Sequence record: SRR22947727_4848
Direction: 5' to 3' (one strand)
DNA length: 35,579 nt
Both the position numbers and the translations under genes were made by a program. This document shows, in pieces, positions 1 to 9,770 of this stretch (positions within the stretch are counted from its first letter, which is position 1; every line of letters begins with the position of its first letter). The notes under the pieces were generated by a model. The model saw nothing but the letters and a program-made list of their open reading frames with translations. It searched no databases and was not told the origin of the DNA.

Positions 1-77
1 CCTTGTGACTTCCTACCTGGTCCGATCAGATTTGATTTGTTGATGGAGACCTCTCGTTGATCGTCACCTCTAAAAAG

Positions 78-239
78 ATGGTTGATCCCAGCCAGTACCT
101 TGTGACTGATGGTCACATTTACAAACGCATTGACATGCCAAATGCTCCCTCCAAGCAGTGGCGGCTTGAAGAATTAAATATTGAAGAAGCGATCCGGTCG
201 ATGATCTCGGATTTTGGAGGTCGCAGTGATGAGCCTTAA
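78..239 (+). CDS. small hypothetical protein
   Basis: ATG at 78 within ORF 57..239; plausible protein composition; no family recognised. Confidence 0.45.
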   Translation: MVDPSQYLVTDGHIYKRIDMPNAPSKQWRLEELNIEEAIRSMISDFGGRSDEP

Positions 240-512
240 TCACGTTGTGGAGACCCATACCGATTGAGCAAAGGCGACGTGATCGCGCAAAGAAGACTCA
301 GCTCGAATGTGGCCAAACCTGGAAGCAATCTTTGGTGTTTGCCTAATTTTGTTGGATTGCTGTTAGTGGCTCAATCATGGATCGATGGGGGTTCGCCCTA
401 CCTCTCCCAGCACTGAGCTGGTGCATGAATTTGTAGGTCAGGTCATTGGATCAGATTTTGATTAAGGTTTGGATCTTCAGCATCGAATTGCGCTGATAGG
501 GCTCGATCCAAC

Positions 513-1208
513 ATGAAAGCACCAGAAGCCTTACTCGCTTATCTCCAACAAACCCCTGGCATGGAACCAGGTTCCAAGCGTTTGGTGTTGCTGTTCACTC
601 AGCTGGGTGATTTCGACTCAATGGAATATGCCCAAGCCCTCGTGCCTGCTCTCTCTCATTTGGAGCAGGTAGGAATCCAGACTTTGGGCATCGCGATCGG
701 GGATCAAGCCGGTGCTGATCGTTTTTGCGTTTTTACCGGATTCCCAAGATCTCAGCTTCGGGTGGTTCCTGATGCGGAGCTGCATCGCAGTGTTGGTCTC
801 TCACCCGGTCTTCAGGCTGCGGGCGGTCCTTGGCCATCCCTCTTGCTGATGTGTGCAGGGATTGGCTCGCCAGGCACTCTTGCTGAAGTGCTGAGGGGAT
901 ATACGGGGGATCGCAGTGCACCAGCCCGTTTTGATGAGTCTTCCCTGTTTCGCCTGGCTGGTGGCAGCGGATTCCAACGGCCATTTGAGCTGGCCACGGT
1001 TCGTCTTCGCAACATGAATGAAGTGCTCTCGAAGTGGGGGACTTATGTCCCCAACAACGCCTACATCACGCAGCGAGGCGGCACGTTTCTTTTGGATGAG
1101 GATGATTCCGTTCTCTACGTCCACCGCGACAAGGGCATCTTGGGCTTCTCGGAAACAATGAATAAGCCGCTTACTTTCCTTGATCCTTGGCTGGATCGTG
1201 AGGACTGA
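513..1208 (+). CDS. peroxiredoxin-like / AhpC-TSA_2 family protein
   Basis: 231 aa; thioredoxin-fold pattern LLFTQLGDFDSMEYA, C-terminal TQRGGTFLLD..VLYVHRD, and RPFELATVRL typical of the cyanobacterial/algal family. Confidence 0.8.
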   Translation: MKAPEALLAYLQQTPGMEPGSKRLVLLFTQLGDFDSMEYAQALVPALSHLEQVGIQTLGIAIGDQAGADRFCVFTGFPRSQLRVVPDAELHRSVGLSPGLQAAGGPWPSLLLMCAGIGSPGTLAEVLRGYTGDRSAPARFDESSLFRLAGGSGFQRPFELATVRLRNMNEVLSKWGTYVPNNAYITQRGGTFLLDEDDSVLYVHRDKGILGFSETMNKPLTFLDPWLDRED

Positions 1209-1210
1209 AG

Positions 1211-1795
1211 GTGAGCACTGAAATGGATGCAGAGCAGCCGCTCCCTCCTTGGAGACCGCTCTTAACTGCGGCGCGTAAGCGAGAAGGCCGCTTACCGGGT
1301 GGTCGCTGGTTGCAGCTTGCAACTCTTTCCGTGGATGGTTACCCGAGGGTGCGCACGCTCGTGTTCCGCGATTGGAGTGCTGCGGCGACGCTAGATCTGC
1401 TCACGGACGCCCGAAGTGAGAAGTGCTTAGAGATTGAAAGAACGCCTGAGGTGGAGTTGTGCTGGTTGTTTCGTAAGGCCCGTGAGCAGTTTCGCCTTTG
1501 TGGAACAGCAACGCTGATCTCTCCCACAGGGGATTCTGTGGATTTGGATCAGCACTGGAAGCGGCTCCCAGCTTCTGGCCGATCTGTCTGGGCTTGGCCT
1601 CCTCCCGGTGATCCGTTTGATCCTCAAGGCCCATGGCCGCAGGAGGTGTCAGATGATTCAGCTACGCCAGAGCATTTGCGCCTGCTTCGGATTTCGTTGT
1701 ACCTCGTTGAGCAGCTCGATCTCAAGCCACACCCGCATTTGCGACGGTTGTGGACTTCTTCCAGGCAATGGCAAGAACAAAGGATTAATCCTTGA
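1211..1795 (+). CDS. pyridoxamine 5'-phosphate oxidase-like FMN-binding protein
   Basis: LQLATL..DGYPRVRTLVFR, TDARSEK, ELCWLF...REQFR and C-terminal INP motifs; starts 2 bp after the upstream stop. Confidence 0.85.
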   Translation: MSTEMDAEQPLPPWRPLLTAARKREGRLPGGRWLQLATLSVDGYPRVRTLVFRDWSAAATLDLLTDARSEKCLEIERTPEVELCWLFRKAREQFRLCGTATLISPTGDSVDLDQHWKRLPASGRSVWAWPPPGDPFDPQGPWPQEVSDDSATPEHLRLLRISLYLVEQLDLKPHPHLRRLWTSSRQWQEQRINP

Positions 1796-2258
1796 GTACC
1801 CAGAGTGCGAGTCCGCCTCCCCGTCCACGGGCCGCCATCCAGCCATCAGGGTTGCGTTCGATAAGAGCAAAAAAAGGCATACGTTTTTGATCTGGCGTGG
1901 GCAATACTTTTTTGAGCAAGACAATGCCACCAATGCGTAGCGCCAGCGAGTCGAAGTGAAAGATTAGTAGTGGGCGCTTTCCTTTCAATAAACCTGGGCC
2001 TTGGAATTTGAGTTCAAGAGGTCCAAAGTTGACGGCGTTAGAAAGACGTAATTCACCGCTTTGCCCCTCGAAATCTGCTTCGATCTCCAGGCGGGCATCC
2101 AGGCTTCTCAGCATCCAGCTGCTGAATGGATTGGCGTTCTGGTCTCCCTTCGACCAAACCGTTTGTAAGTGCCAGCATCCCAACAGATCGCTGCTCTTGA
2201 GACCAGTGCCTGTCAGGCGGACGGCCTTTTCCCTGACATTCAGAATGGCGAAGTTCAT
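1785..2258 (-). CDS. conserved hypothetical protein (fibrillin/PAP-like beta fold possible)
   Basis: 157 aa; LLGCWHL start and PFFALI...ARGRGGGLALW C-terminus typical of a conserved cyanobacterial family. Confidence 0.7.
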   Translation of the reverse strand: MNFAILNVREKAVRLTGTGLKSSDLLGCWHLQTVWSKGDQNANPFSSWMLRSLDARLEIEADFEGQSGELRLSNAVNFGPLELKFQGPGLLKGKRPLLIFHFDSLALRIGGIVLLKKVLPTPDQKRMPFFALIERNPDGWMAARGRGGGLALWVLKD

Positions 2259-2386
2259 GAGAGCGGGGAGGGAGCAAGGAGTCGTCGCATTGAAAAAATC
2301 TAAAGATGCTTCTGTTTTGGTGTTGAGTTAGACAACTCTTAGGAGGTTTTCAAGGGATGTTTTAAGATCGTGAATGGAATTCTTGA

Positions 2387-2623
2387 ATGGCTGAATGTTG
2401 CTATCGGAATGATTCGTCAAAAATGTTAATCCTCAAATGTATTGGCGAGAGTCAATTTTTTTGTGAAAAAGTTTTGATGCCATCTGAGGTGTACTTGTTT
2501 GAGGCGCCCGATGAGGCTCGCCTTGAATTCTGGTTGTTGAATGGCGGCGAGCCCATGCTGCACACCACGGCCGAGGCTAAGGACTATGCCCTCCTGAGCC
2601 ACCACAGGCTGGGTGATCCTTGA
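2387..2623 (+). CDS. DUF1830 family protein
   Basis: CCYRNDSSKMLILKC...FCEKVLMP...FEAP.EARLE pattern. Confidence 0.75.
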   Translation: MAECCYRNDSSKMLILKCIGESQFFCEKVLMPSEVYLFEAPDEARLEFWLLNGGEPMLHTTAEAKDYALLSHHRLGDP

Positions 2624-2639
2624 TCATGCATAGATCTGA

Positions 2640-3899
2640 ATGTGGGCTATGGCCGATTTGCTCGCTGATTCTGTTGCCCTGAGTTGGGAGCAGCTAAAAG
2701 CTTTGGCTCCTGCTCCTGCGGAGCGTTGTGAAGGCCCAGCGAATGCCCAAGCCACATTGCGCTTGTTTGGACAGCCTGAGTCTCAGGTGCGAGTCACGTT
2801 GTTTCGTGATCATCATGCTTGGTGCCCCTATTGCCAGAAGGTATGGCTATGGCTGGAGTTTCGTCGAGTCCCCTATCGGATTCGAAAAGTCACCATGCGC
2901 TGCTACGGGCCGAAGGAGCCCTGGTTTACCGCCAAGGTGCCGTCAGGAATGCTTCCGGCCCTTGAGTTAGATGGTCGGCTCCTCACAGAAAGTGATCGCA
3001 TCCTGGAAGCGTTGGAGCATGCCTTTGGCGCTTTGGGCGCAGGGATGCATGACCAACGGGTGCGCCGGTTGCGCGATCTCGAGCGTCTTTTGTTTCGTGC
3101 TTGGTGCATGTGGCTTTGCACCCCCAGGCTGAACAATCGGCAGGAGGTTCAAGCGCGTGATCAGTTTCAGACTGTGGCTCGTCAAATGGAGGCGGCTCTC
3201 ATGGCGGGAGGTGGCCATTGGCTTGATCCTGATTGTCCGGGTGGAGCTCACCCCGGAACGGCAGATCTGGTGTTCGTTCCTTACGTGGAGCGGATGAATG
3301 CCTCCTTGGCTTACTTCAAGGGCTTTGCACTTCGGCAAGAGCATCCAGGCATCGATCGATGGTTCAAGGCTTTGGAGCAGCTTTCGACCTATCGCGGTAC
3401 CCAGAGTGATGTCCATACGCATGCCCACGACTTGCCCCCACAAATGGGTGGTTGTTGGAGTAATGGACGTCCTGAACAGCAAGCGATGGCGCGTGCGGTG
3501 GATCAAGGTGCTGGTCTCGCTGAACTCGAAACAAGCTGGTCAGCGCAGATCGATGACGACGGTGTGATGTCTTCTTACAGGGCACTAGAGAGAGTGTTGC
3601 GCCATCGTTCTGCGCTGATGGATCGCAACCCTCTTGGTGCTGCTTTTGATCAGCCTCTGCGGGCTGCACTGACCTCTTTAGTGTCCGGTGATCTTTGTCA
3701 GCCAAATGCTGACACTGCAAGCGGTCTGCGTTACTTGAGAGATCGAATTTCGGTGCCGAGAGATATGCCTCTGCAGAGTGCTCGGTTATTGAGAGCGGCC
3801 CTTGAAGCAACAGCAGCTCTTGATGGTGAGGCTCAATCAGCCCCACCGCCCTTTGAGCATCGTTTTGATCAAGACCCAAGGCCATTTTTGTCCCTGTGA
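2640..3899 (+). CDS. glutathione S-transferase family protein
   Basis: WCPYCQKVW, VPSGMLPAL, TESDRIL and ADLVFVPYVERM motifs; alternative start at 2649. Confidence 0.9.
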   Translation: MWAMADLLADSVALSWEQLKALAPAPAERCEGPANAQATLRLFGQPESQVRVTLFRDHHAWCPYCQKVWLWLEFRRVPYRIRKVTMRCYGPKEPWFTAKVPSGMLPALELDGRLLTESDRILEALEHAFGALGAGMHDQRVRRLRDLERLLFRAWCMWLCTPRLNNRQEVQARDQFQTVARQMEAALMAGGGHWLDPDCPGGAHPGTADLVFVPYVERMNASLAYFKGFALRQEHPGIDRWFKALEQLSTYRGTQSDVHTHAHDLPPQMGGCWSNGRPEQQAMARAVDQGAGLAELETSWSAQIDDDGVMSSYRALERVLRHRSALMDRNPLGAAFDQPLRAALTSLVSGDLCQPNADTASGLRYLRDRISVPRDMPLQSARLLRAALEATAALDGEAQSAPPPFEHRFDQDPRPFLSL

Positions 3900-3959
3900 G
3901 GGTTTGCGTTTGTTCAGGTGATCGTGATCCGGCAGGCTGGCTCCTTATGTGAGATCACC

Positions 3960-4304
3960 ATGTCGAGCGGTCAAGAGGCTCAAGCGGGCTCTGGTTTCGG
4001 AACCGGTAACGCTGGCGGGAGCAAGCGCAACAGAAATAACAAACGCAAACCTGGTCACTCCAACCATGGCCGCGAGCGGCAGCCATTAGGTAGGGATCCT
4101 GATTATGAAGCGATTTGCGCGAGGCAGACCCTGGGCTTGGCTCTCTCGGGTCGTTTAACAGAACAGCTGGTGAAGAGGGTGCACAAAGCTCTCGCTGTGC
4201 AGCATCACCCAGATAAGGGTGGCGATCCCGAAACGATGACGCGTTTGAACAACGCTCGCGACGTGTTGCTCCAGCCTGAGATGTCAGACATCGTTGTGCC
4301 GTGA
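3960..4304 (+). CDS. small J-domain (DnaJ-like) protein
   Basis: LAVQHHPDKGGD...MTRLNNARDVL J-domain signature at the C-terminus; basic N-terminus. Confidence 0.8.
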   Translation: MSSGQEAQAGSGFGTGNAGGSKRNRNNKRKPGHSNHGRERQPLGRDPDYEAICARQTLGLALSGRLTEQLVKRVHKALAVQHHPDKGGDPETMTRLNNARDVLLQPEMSDIVVP

Positions 4305-4691
4305 CATCGAGGTTGACTTAAATACAGACTCTGGATGCTTTACGAATGCAGGTACTTCAGTCTGTTTCTATGGTTTGTTTAATTTTTTTTGGCAGTTGAT
4401 TATTGAGAGTAGGAAAAGTCATGGATCCTAATTAGCCGTTCGTGTTTTTTATGCAGCAATGCTTGGTGGTGCATGAGCGATTGACCTGGATAGTCGGATT
4501 GGTAATTTTTGCAATGGAAGGAGGCCGATTTCGTCTCTTTTGACGCGCATGCTGGTCAACTGCCAACCGGAATTGATAATGATATGGAATTAATGTTTCG
4601 TGTTTTAGGATGTGGAGATAATTGCAGTATGCCTGAAGCTTGGACTTCTGCACAATGATGCTGTTAAGGCAATTTCAAGGGAGATTAAGCA

Positions 4692-5336
4692 ATGGTTTCG
4701 ATGCTTACTGGAGAGGAGTTTACGTATACGTTTAAGAGCGAAATTTCCATGCTTCAGCTCGATGGCTATAAGGCGCTTCAGGAGAAAATTAATCATGTTG
4801 CCATGAAGTTTGAGGGTTATCTTGGGCAGGATCTTGGCTTCTCCCCACTTCCATCAAGTAGTGGATACCTTTGTACTGCAAGAGTAACGTTTGTCAGTCT
4901 TCAGCTTTGCTTGGCTTGGTTGGATAGTACTGAGCGTCGTCAGATCTTAAATGAGGCAGAGGCTTCACTTGGTTATAAGTATTATTCGTTGTTAGAGCCT
5001 CATTCTTTTGATCAGTGGCTCAACTGTCGAAAAGGCATGCAAACACCTATTTGGAAAATTAATTTATTAGTTTGGTTGGCGCTTTATCCTTCAGTGATGA
5101 TTCTGATTGTGATTGGTCAGAATACCTTGGATGTTCTGCCCTTGCCGCTAAATATGTTAATCAGTAATGCCATTACTGTTGCAGTAACGGGTTGGTGGCT
5201 TGTGCCATGGTTGAGCCAGCGTTATAGCGGTTGGTTGCAGACTAATAGTAAATGCTTGAATTTGATCTATTCTTCTTCTGTACTTGGCTTTCTTCTTTTG
5301 TTTTTGTTGCTTTTTAGCGCCTTGTGGAATGGCTAA
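4692..5336 (+). CDS. membrane protein with ABM/dimeric alpha-beta barrel-like N-terminal domain
   Basis: FEGYLG...TFVS.....AWLDS.ER, then PIWKINLLVWLALYPSV and three hydrophobic helices; lies in an AT-rich tract. Confidence 0.65.
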   Translation: MVSMLTGEEFTYTFKSEISMLQLDGYKALQEKINHVAMKFEGYLGQDLGFSPLPSSSGYLCTARVTFVSLQLCLAWLDSTERRQILNEAEASLGYKYYSLLEPHSFDQWLNCRKGMQTPIWKINLLVWLALYPSVMILIVIGQNTLDVLPLPLNMLISNAITVAVTGWWLVPWLSQRYSGWLQTNSKCLNLIYSSSVLGFLLLFLLLFSALWNG

Positions 5337-5752
5337 AAGTAGACATATGACCTACTTGTGACCAATGTTCCTACGTCTTTAATTGTTGCCTATTCTGGCA
5401 ATCAATCAAGATTGTATTTTTCCTCCTTTCGCATGCGTCTAGGGTGATAAGCATGACAATCTCTCTGTCACCTAATGATTGCTTTAAGGCTTTAGACAAA
5501 GGTAAATATTATCTCTGTGATTAGGTTGATACAAGTAAGTGAAGTAATAATTTATCCCTGTCTTTAGGGCGGTCAATTACTATCGTTTTAAGCTAAAGCG
5601 TGAGGGTGACCATCAAGCTTTCTGTTGAAATAGATTTTTTGTTGGCTGGTTTTGGTTTCTGCATGCGAATAATTTTTGTGAGCAGAATTTTTGCAATCTA
5701 TTGTTGCTGATAAAGCTTAAGTGAAATGTAAAAGATGTTTTTGTGATGAGAT

Positions 5753-6025
5753 TTATAGAGATAAATACCAGCGGATCACATCTGCAACTTGGCCTGCAGG
5801 TCCATGACCACTAATCAGTTCTCCGATGATGGCAGCCATAAAACCCAACATCGCCACTCTTCCGTTGAGTCGTTCAACAAAGCCCAAGGATCCTTGATTC
5901 CAGGGGCGTTTCGTCGTTAGGCCTTCACCGAAAGCTTCTAAAGGTTCGTACTGAAAATTTTGGGGTGACAAATCGTCTCCATCAAATCTCCGATGACTGT
6001 ATGCAGAGATCCAGCTTCTTTTCAT
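5753..6025 (-). CDS. hli: high light inducible protein (HLIP/SCP)
   Basis: ERLNGRVAMLGF chlorophyll-binding motif followed by one TM helix and ELISGHG; true start uncertain. Confidence 0.9.
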   Translation of the reverse strand: MKRSWISAYSHRRFDGDDLSPQNFQYEPLEAFGEGLTTKRPWNQGSLGFVERLNGRVAMLGFMAAIIGELISGHGPAGQVADVIRWYLSL

Positions 6026-6054
6026 AAGCTTGGGACACCCTTAGGCCCGAACCC

Positions 6055-6474
6055 ATGGACTCTGTTCGTTTAAAAGCACTTTTTACTAAACCCTATGGAC
6101 AGTCGGCACCCACGGAGTCTCAATGGAGAGAGTTGTATGACGATCAGGTTCTCTTTCAGGATCCAACTCAGGAGCGTCAAGGCATTGATGCCTACATCGC
6201 TGCTCAAGATGGTTTGATGAAGCGGTGCGACGACATTTATCTTGTACCTGGCGCAATATCCGTCAATGAAAATATTGCTTTTATTGAATGGGAAATGGGC
6301 TTAAAAATTAAGGGAATAGAATTTATATACCCTGGTGTTTCTCGGCTAAAGATCAACGCTGAGGGAAAGGTCATCAGCCACAGGGATTATTTTGATTTTA
6401 TTGGTCCCACTTTTGGTCCAGTCCCAGTCCTTGGCGGTTTCGTCAGATGGCTCTATAAGAAATTTGTGGATTGA
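6055..6474 (+). CDS. SnoaL-like / NTF2 family protein
   Basis: LYDDQVLFQDP...GVSRL...GKVISHRDYFD motifs. Confidence 0.85.
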   Translation: MDSVRLKALFTKPYGQSAPTESQWRELYDDQVLFQDPTQERQGIDAYIAAQDGLMKRCDDIYLVPGAISVNENIAFIEWEMGLKIKGIEFIYPGVSRLKINAEGKVISHRDYFDFIGPTFGPVPVLGGFVRWLYKKFVD

Positions 6475-6630
6475 TCACCATTAGGGGGCTGCACAAATTT
6501 GACCTCGTTCTGGCAGGTTCAACGCGTAGAAGAATTTTGGGGTGAACGGCTTTGGCTCAGCTTCCAAAACGTGAGGCTGGTCACGGCAGCTCCAAAACCG
6601 AGGAAGACTGTGATCAACGCTTCGCTTGAC

Positions 6631-6651
6631 ATGTTAAGCATTCGTTACAAA
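6631..6651. promoter_or_regulatory. HLR1/RpaB-like motif in the intergenic region upstream of the DoxX gene
   Basis: ATGTTAAGCATTCGTTACAAA; similar to the sites at 24136 and 31944. Confidence 0.35.
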
Positions 6652-6778
6652 TGTCATCATGGCGCATCCGCTAGCCGTGCGCGAGTGAGTAATTATTCCT
6701 AATTGCCTCGCCCCTGGCTACGCACTTCTTCACAAAGGAGCGTGTTTTGATTAGGGTGTGTTGAGAAACGTAAACCAA

Positions 6779-7261
6779 ATGCTGAGATCCATTGCGACGA
6801 AACCTTTTCTCTCGGATTTCGGAATTCTGATTCTGCGTGTCGTCACAGGCACCCTTCTCATTCACCATGGTTACGAGAAGTTGGCCAATATCGAGAATTT
6901 TGCTGACGCATTCGTCCGCCCACTTCACCTCCCCTTCCCAATCCTTCTCTCATATGTAGCCGCTTTTTCTGAAGTTATCGGTAGTTGGCTGTTGATTACG
7001 GGTTTCCTGACACGCTTCGGTGCACTGGCGATCATGGGAACGATCTCAGTTGCCATCTATCACGCCATCATCACAGCAGGATTCAACATCTATTTGCTGG
7101 AGCTACTGGGTCTGTACTTCGGGGCCGCCGTGGCGATTTTGGCTGTAGGCCCAGGACTGTTCGCAATTGACGAATTGATTGTGCGCCGCTTTAGTCCTGA
7201 GCTAGAGCGTGAGCAGTCTGGCTCCATCGGCACAGTTGTATCAGAAGGTGGAGCTGCTTAG
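6779..7261 (+). CDS. DoxX family membrane protein
   Basis: LILRVVTG...HHGYEKL, SEVIGS.LLI.GF.TRFGA, and G(P)GLFAID. Confidence 0.88.
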   Translation: MLRSIATKPFLSDFGILILRVVTGTLLIHHGYEKLANIENFADAFVRPLHLPFPILLSYVAAFSEVIGSWLLITGFLTRFGALAIMGTISVAIYHAIITAGFNIYLLELLGLYFGAAVAILAVGPGLFAIDELIVRRFSPELEREQSGSIGTVVSEGGAA

Positions 7262-7463
7262 CTTTTAGTCAGTCTCATGGAAGGGTGAAGCCGGACTGGA
7301 GATGTTTGACGTCGAGCATGACCCAGCTCAGCCAAATCACCACGCCAATCACCCCTGACACTGCAGCAAATTTGCCTACGTTGCGAAGTAGCAGTTCGCC
7401 AACACTCATCTCTCGCAAGGTTCTGTCCCGATCAGCCTCCATCCTGCTTGATCAGTGACACCA

Positions 7464-7646
7464 ATGACCATTCCTCTTAATTCCCCCTCAGTCAGCCTTT
7501 TGATTGTGGGGGTTTTCTTTGGGGTTCTTCAGGTCTGGTGGATTCGCTCCTTGTGGTTTAGAAATGCAGCGCGTCAAAAAGCTCAACCCTTGAGCTCCAA
7601 ACAGTTTCGAAAGGATTTGGAACGAATATTCAAGAATGAATTCTGA
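7464..7646 (+). CDS. small single-TM hypothetical protein
   Basis: one hydrophobic helix followed by FRKDLERIF, a C-terminus typical of picocyanobacterial small proteins. Confidence 0.6.
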   Translation: MTIPLNSPSVSLLIVGVFFGVLQVWWIRSLWFRNAARQKAQPLSSKQFRKDLERIFKNEF

Positions 7647-7702
7647 GTCCTCAGGCAGGTTCTTCCCCATGATTGAGGACGCGTCACGTGTCTATTGGTT
7701 GG

Positions 7703-8581
7703 ATGGGCTCTCTTCAAATCTATGAATTGGAGTCAGACCAGATTCCAATCGTGACCGATTGGTCCCGACGCGAGGGATTTGCCCCAGGTCTTGGGGACAT
7801 TGAGATTTATCGGCATACCGATCGTCAGGGGTTGTGGATTGCCTGGCTTGATCGCGAGCCGATTGGTTGCATTGCGGGCGTTCGTTACAACCTTGATTAT
7901 GGATTTATTGGCCTCTATCTCGTTGTTCCACATCAGAGAGGTCATGGCTATGGAAAACAGCTTTGGAAGCATGCTCTCGACCACCTTGCTGACCTCACCT
8001 GTATCGGATTAGAGGCAGCCCCGGCTCGAATTTTGGACTATGCGGGCTGGGGATTTGAATCGTCTTCAATGACCACCCGATGGAGCTGCTTCAACAAGGG
8101 TGAATTAGATGACTTATGGGGCGGTCTTCCACCCGGTTTGCAGGTGGTGGAGGGAAGCGATGTGCCTTCAGAAGCTGTTCAGCTGTATGACGCTCAGCGG
8201 GAGCCAAGCCCCAGACCCCACTTTCTTGCCGATTGGCTTGGACACCAATCGGGTCAGGTTCTTGCCCTTCTTGATGAGAACGGCAACTGCCACGGATTTG
8301 GCCGTATTCGCCCTTGCCTTTTGCAAGATGGAGAAGGTTGGCGGATCGGTCCACTCCTCGCTGATTCTCCTGGCTTAGCCGCGTATCTCATCCGGAAGCT
8401 TCAACAACGCCACCCAGGGGCATTATTGATTGATACCCCTGGATTTAATTCTGCAGCGAAAGAGCTCATGCTTACGCTCGGATTTAGGGCTGAATCGGAA
8501 ACAATGCGGATGTATCGAGGTGGTTTACCAGAAGTTGATTTAACTGATGTTTTTGCTTTGGCCTGTCTGGAATTGGGTTGA
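7703..8581 (+). CDS. GNAT family N-acetyltransferase (tandem GNAT, YitH-like)
   Basis: GFIGLYLV.PHQRGHGYG acetyl-CoA motif; RIGPLLAD; C-terminal LELG. Confidence 0.88.
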   Translation: MGSLQIYELESDQIPIVTDWSRREGFAPGLGDIEIYRHTDRQGLWIAWLDREPIGCIAGVRYNLDYGFIGLYLVVPHQRGHGYGKQLWKHALDHLADLTCIGLEAAPARILDYAGWGFESSSMTTRWSCFNKGELDDLWGGLPPGLQVVEGSDVPSEAVQLYDAQREPSPRPHFLADWLGHQSGQVLALLDENGNCHGFGRIRPCLLQDGEGWRIGPLLADSPGLAAYLIRKLQQRHPGALLIDTPGFNSAAKELMLTLGFRAESETMRMYRGGLPEVDLTDVFALACLELG

Positions 8582-8592
8582 GTGGCTTGGCT

Positions 8593-8820
8593 TTACTTCT
8601 TAGCCGCATAGACGACGGCTCCACCTGCAACGAGCGTCAGGGCGCCAGTGGTAAGTAGGAATCCAACCAACAGGGTGAAACCAATCAAGGAACCAAGCAG
8701 CGACATCTTGATGCGTAGAAGCTTGGACTTCATCAACATCACCATCAAGATCATGATGGTGGCTTTGAGGCCAGCCACCTTGCCGGCATTGATCAGGCAG
8801 AACGGATTAACAGGAAGCAT
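8593..8820 (-). CDS. small hydrophobic membrane protein
   Basis: ATG at 8820 (MLPVNPFCLINAGK...) with hydrophobic helices; avoids overlap with the SRAP gene. Confidence 0.55.
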   Translation of the reverse strand: MLPVNPFCLINAGKVAGLKATIMILMVMLMKSKLLRIKMSLLGSLIGFTLLVGFLLTTGALTLVAGGAVVYAAKK

Positions 8821-8914
8821 TTTTTCGCATTTTAGGTTCCGCCGATTCTGACGAGTTTGATCTCTCATCTGTGAGATCTTCCATCGCGAGCATCCGCCAT
8901 CGATGATGGATGGC

Positions 8915-9574
8915 ATGTGTGGACGTTTTTCACTCACTGCGGATGCTCTTCAGCTCCCGGCGGCGATTCGGGAGCGAATGGATGATGTGCATCTCTCGCG
9001 CTATGCACCACGGCAACTGATCCGCCCTTCTGAACCCGTGTTGGGATTGCGTCGTGAGGAGTGCAAGACCGAAGCCGCGCTCATGCTTTGGGGCTTGATT
9101 CCTTCCTGGGCGAAAGACCCCTCCGCAGGACCTCGCCCCATCAATGCTCGCTCTGAAACCGTTGCCGAGAAAGCGAGCTTTCGAGCAGCCTGGCGCCACC
9201 GGCGATGTTTGATTCCAGCCACTGGATTTTTCGAAAAAAACTATTTGGTTCGCCGTCGAGATCAAGGTTCCTTTTGGATGGCTGGGTTGTGGGAGCGCTG
9301 GCTTGGTTCGGATGGAAGTGAACTTGACACCTGCACGATTCTCACCACGGCACCGAATTCTCTGATTCAGCCGCTGCACGATCGAATGCCTGTTTTGATT
9401 CCTGCTGGTCTGGAAGAGGCATGGCTGGCCGTTGCTGATGGCCATGACCTCCGCGCTTTAGAACCACTCCTGATGGGTTGGGATCCTCAAGGTTGGATTG
9501 TTGAACCGATTCAATCGAGCGGGAACCAACCATCTCCATCTGCTGTCCAGGGTTCGCTGTTTGACATCCAGTGA
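8915..9574 (+). CDS. SOS response-associated peptidase (SRAP/HMCES, YedK-like) abasic-site protection protein
   Basis: N-terminal MCGRF (catalytic Cys2), WGLIPSW, INARSET, RCLIPA.GFFE and HDRMP. Confidence 0.93.
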   Translation: MCGRFSLTADALQLPAAIRERMDDVHLSRYAPRQLIRPSEPVLGLRREECKTEAALMLWGLIPSWAKDPSAGPRPINARSETVAEKASFRAAWRHRRCLIPATGFFEKNYLVRRRDQGSFWMAGLWERWLGSDGSELDTCTILTTAPNSLIQPLHDRMPVLIPAGLEEAWLAVADGHDLRALEPLLMGWDPQGWIVEPIQSSGNQPSPSAVQGSLFDIQ

Positions 9575-9591
9575 TCCCCGCTCCTTGCTGA

Positions 9592-9768
9592 TCAATCTCG
9601 AATTCGTTGCTCCCTGAGGCGTCGCATGCTGTTGCGGGGCATGATCCGATTGTCTTTGAGTGAACGAAGAGGGGCGTCTCGATTCGCTGTTCTTGGGTTC
9701 AAGCTGATGAGCGCCATCAAAGCAATCAAGCCCAGCAATGTGATCCCAGACCGAATCGGTGAGATCAT
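9592..9768 (-). CDS. small hypothetical protein with N-terminal TM helix
   Basis: abuts the upstream gene on the same strand; hydrophobic stretch then basic tail. Confidence 0.5.
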   Translation of the reverse strand: MISPIRSGITLLGLIALMALISLNPRTANRDAPLRSLKDNRIMPRNSMRRLREQRIRD

Positions 9769-9770
9769 TC

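Noticed and set aside
801-3885. Long antisense ORFs (801..1322, 2967..3506, 3364..3885) and similar ones elsewhere (8930..9445, 13230..13793)
   Set aside because: Shadow frames of well-supported genes
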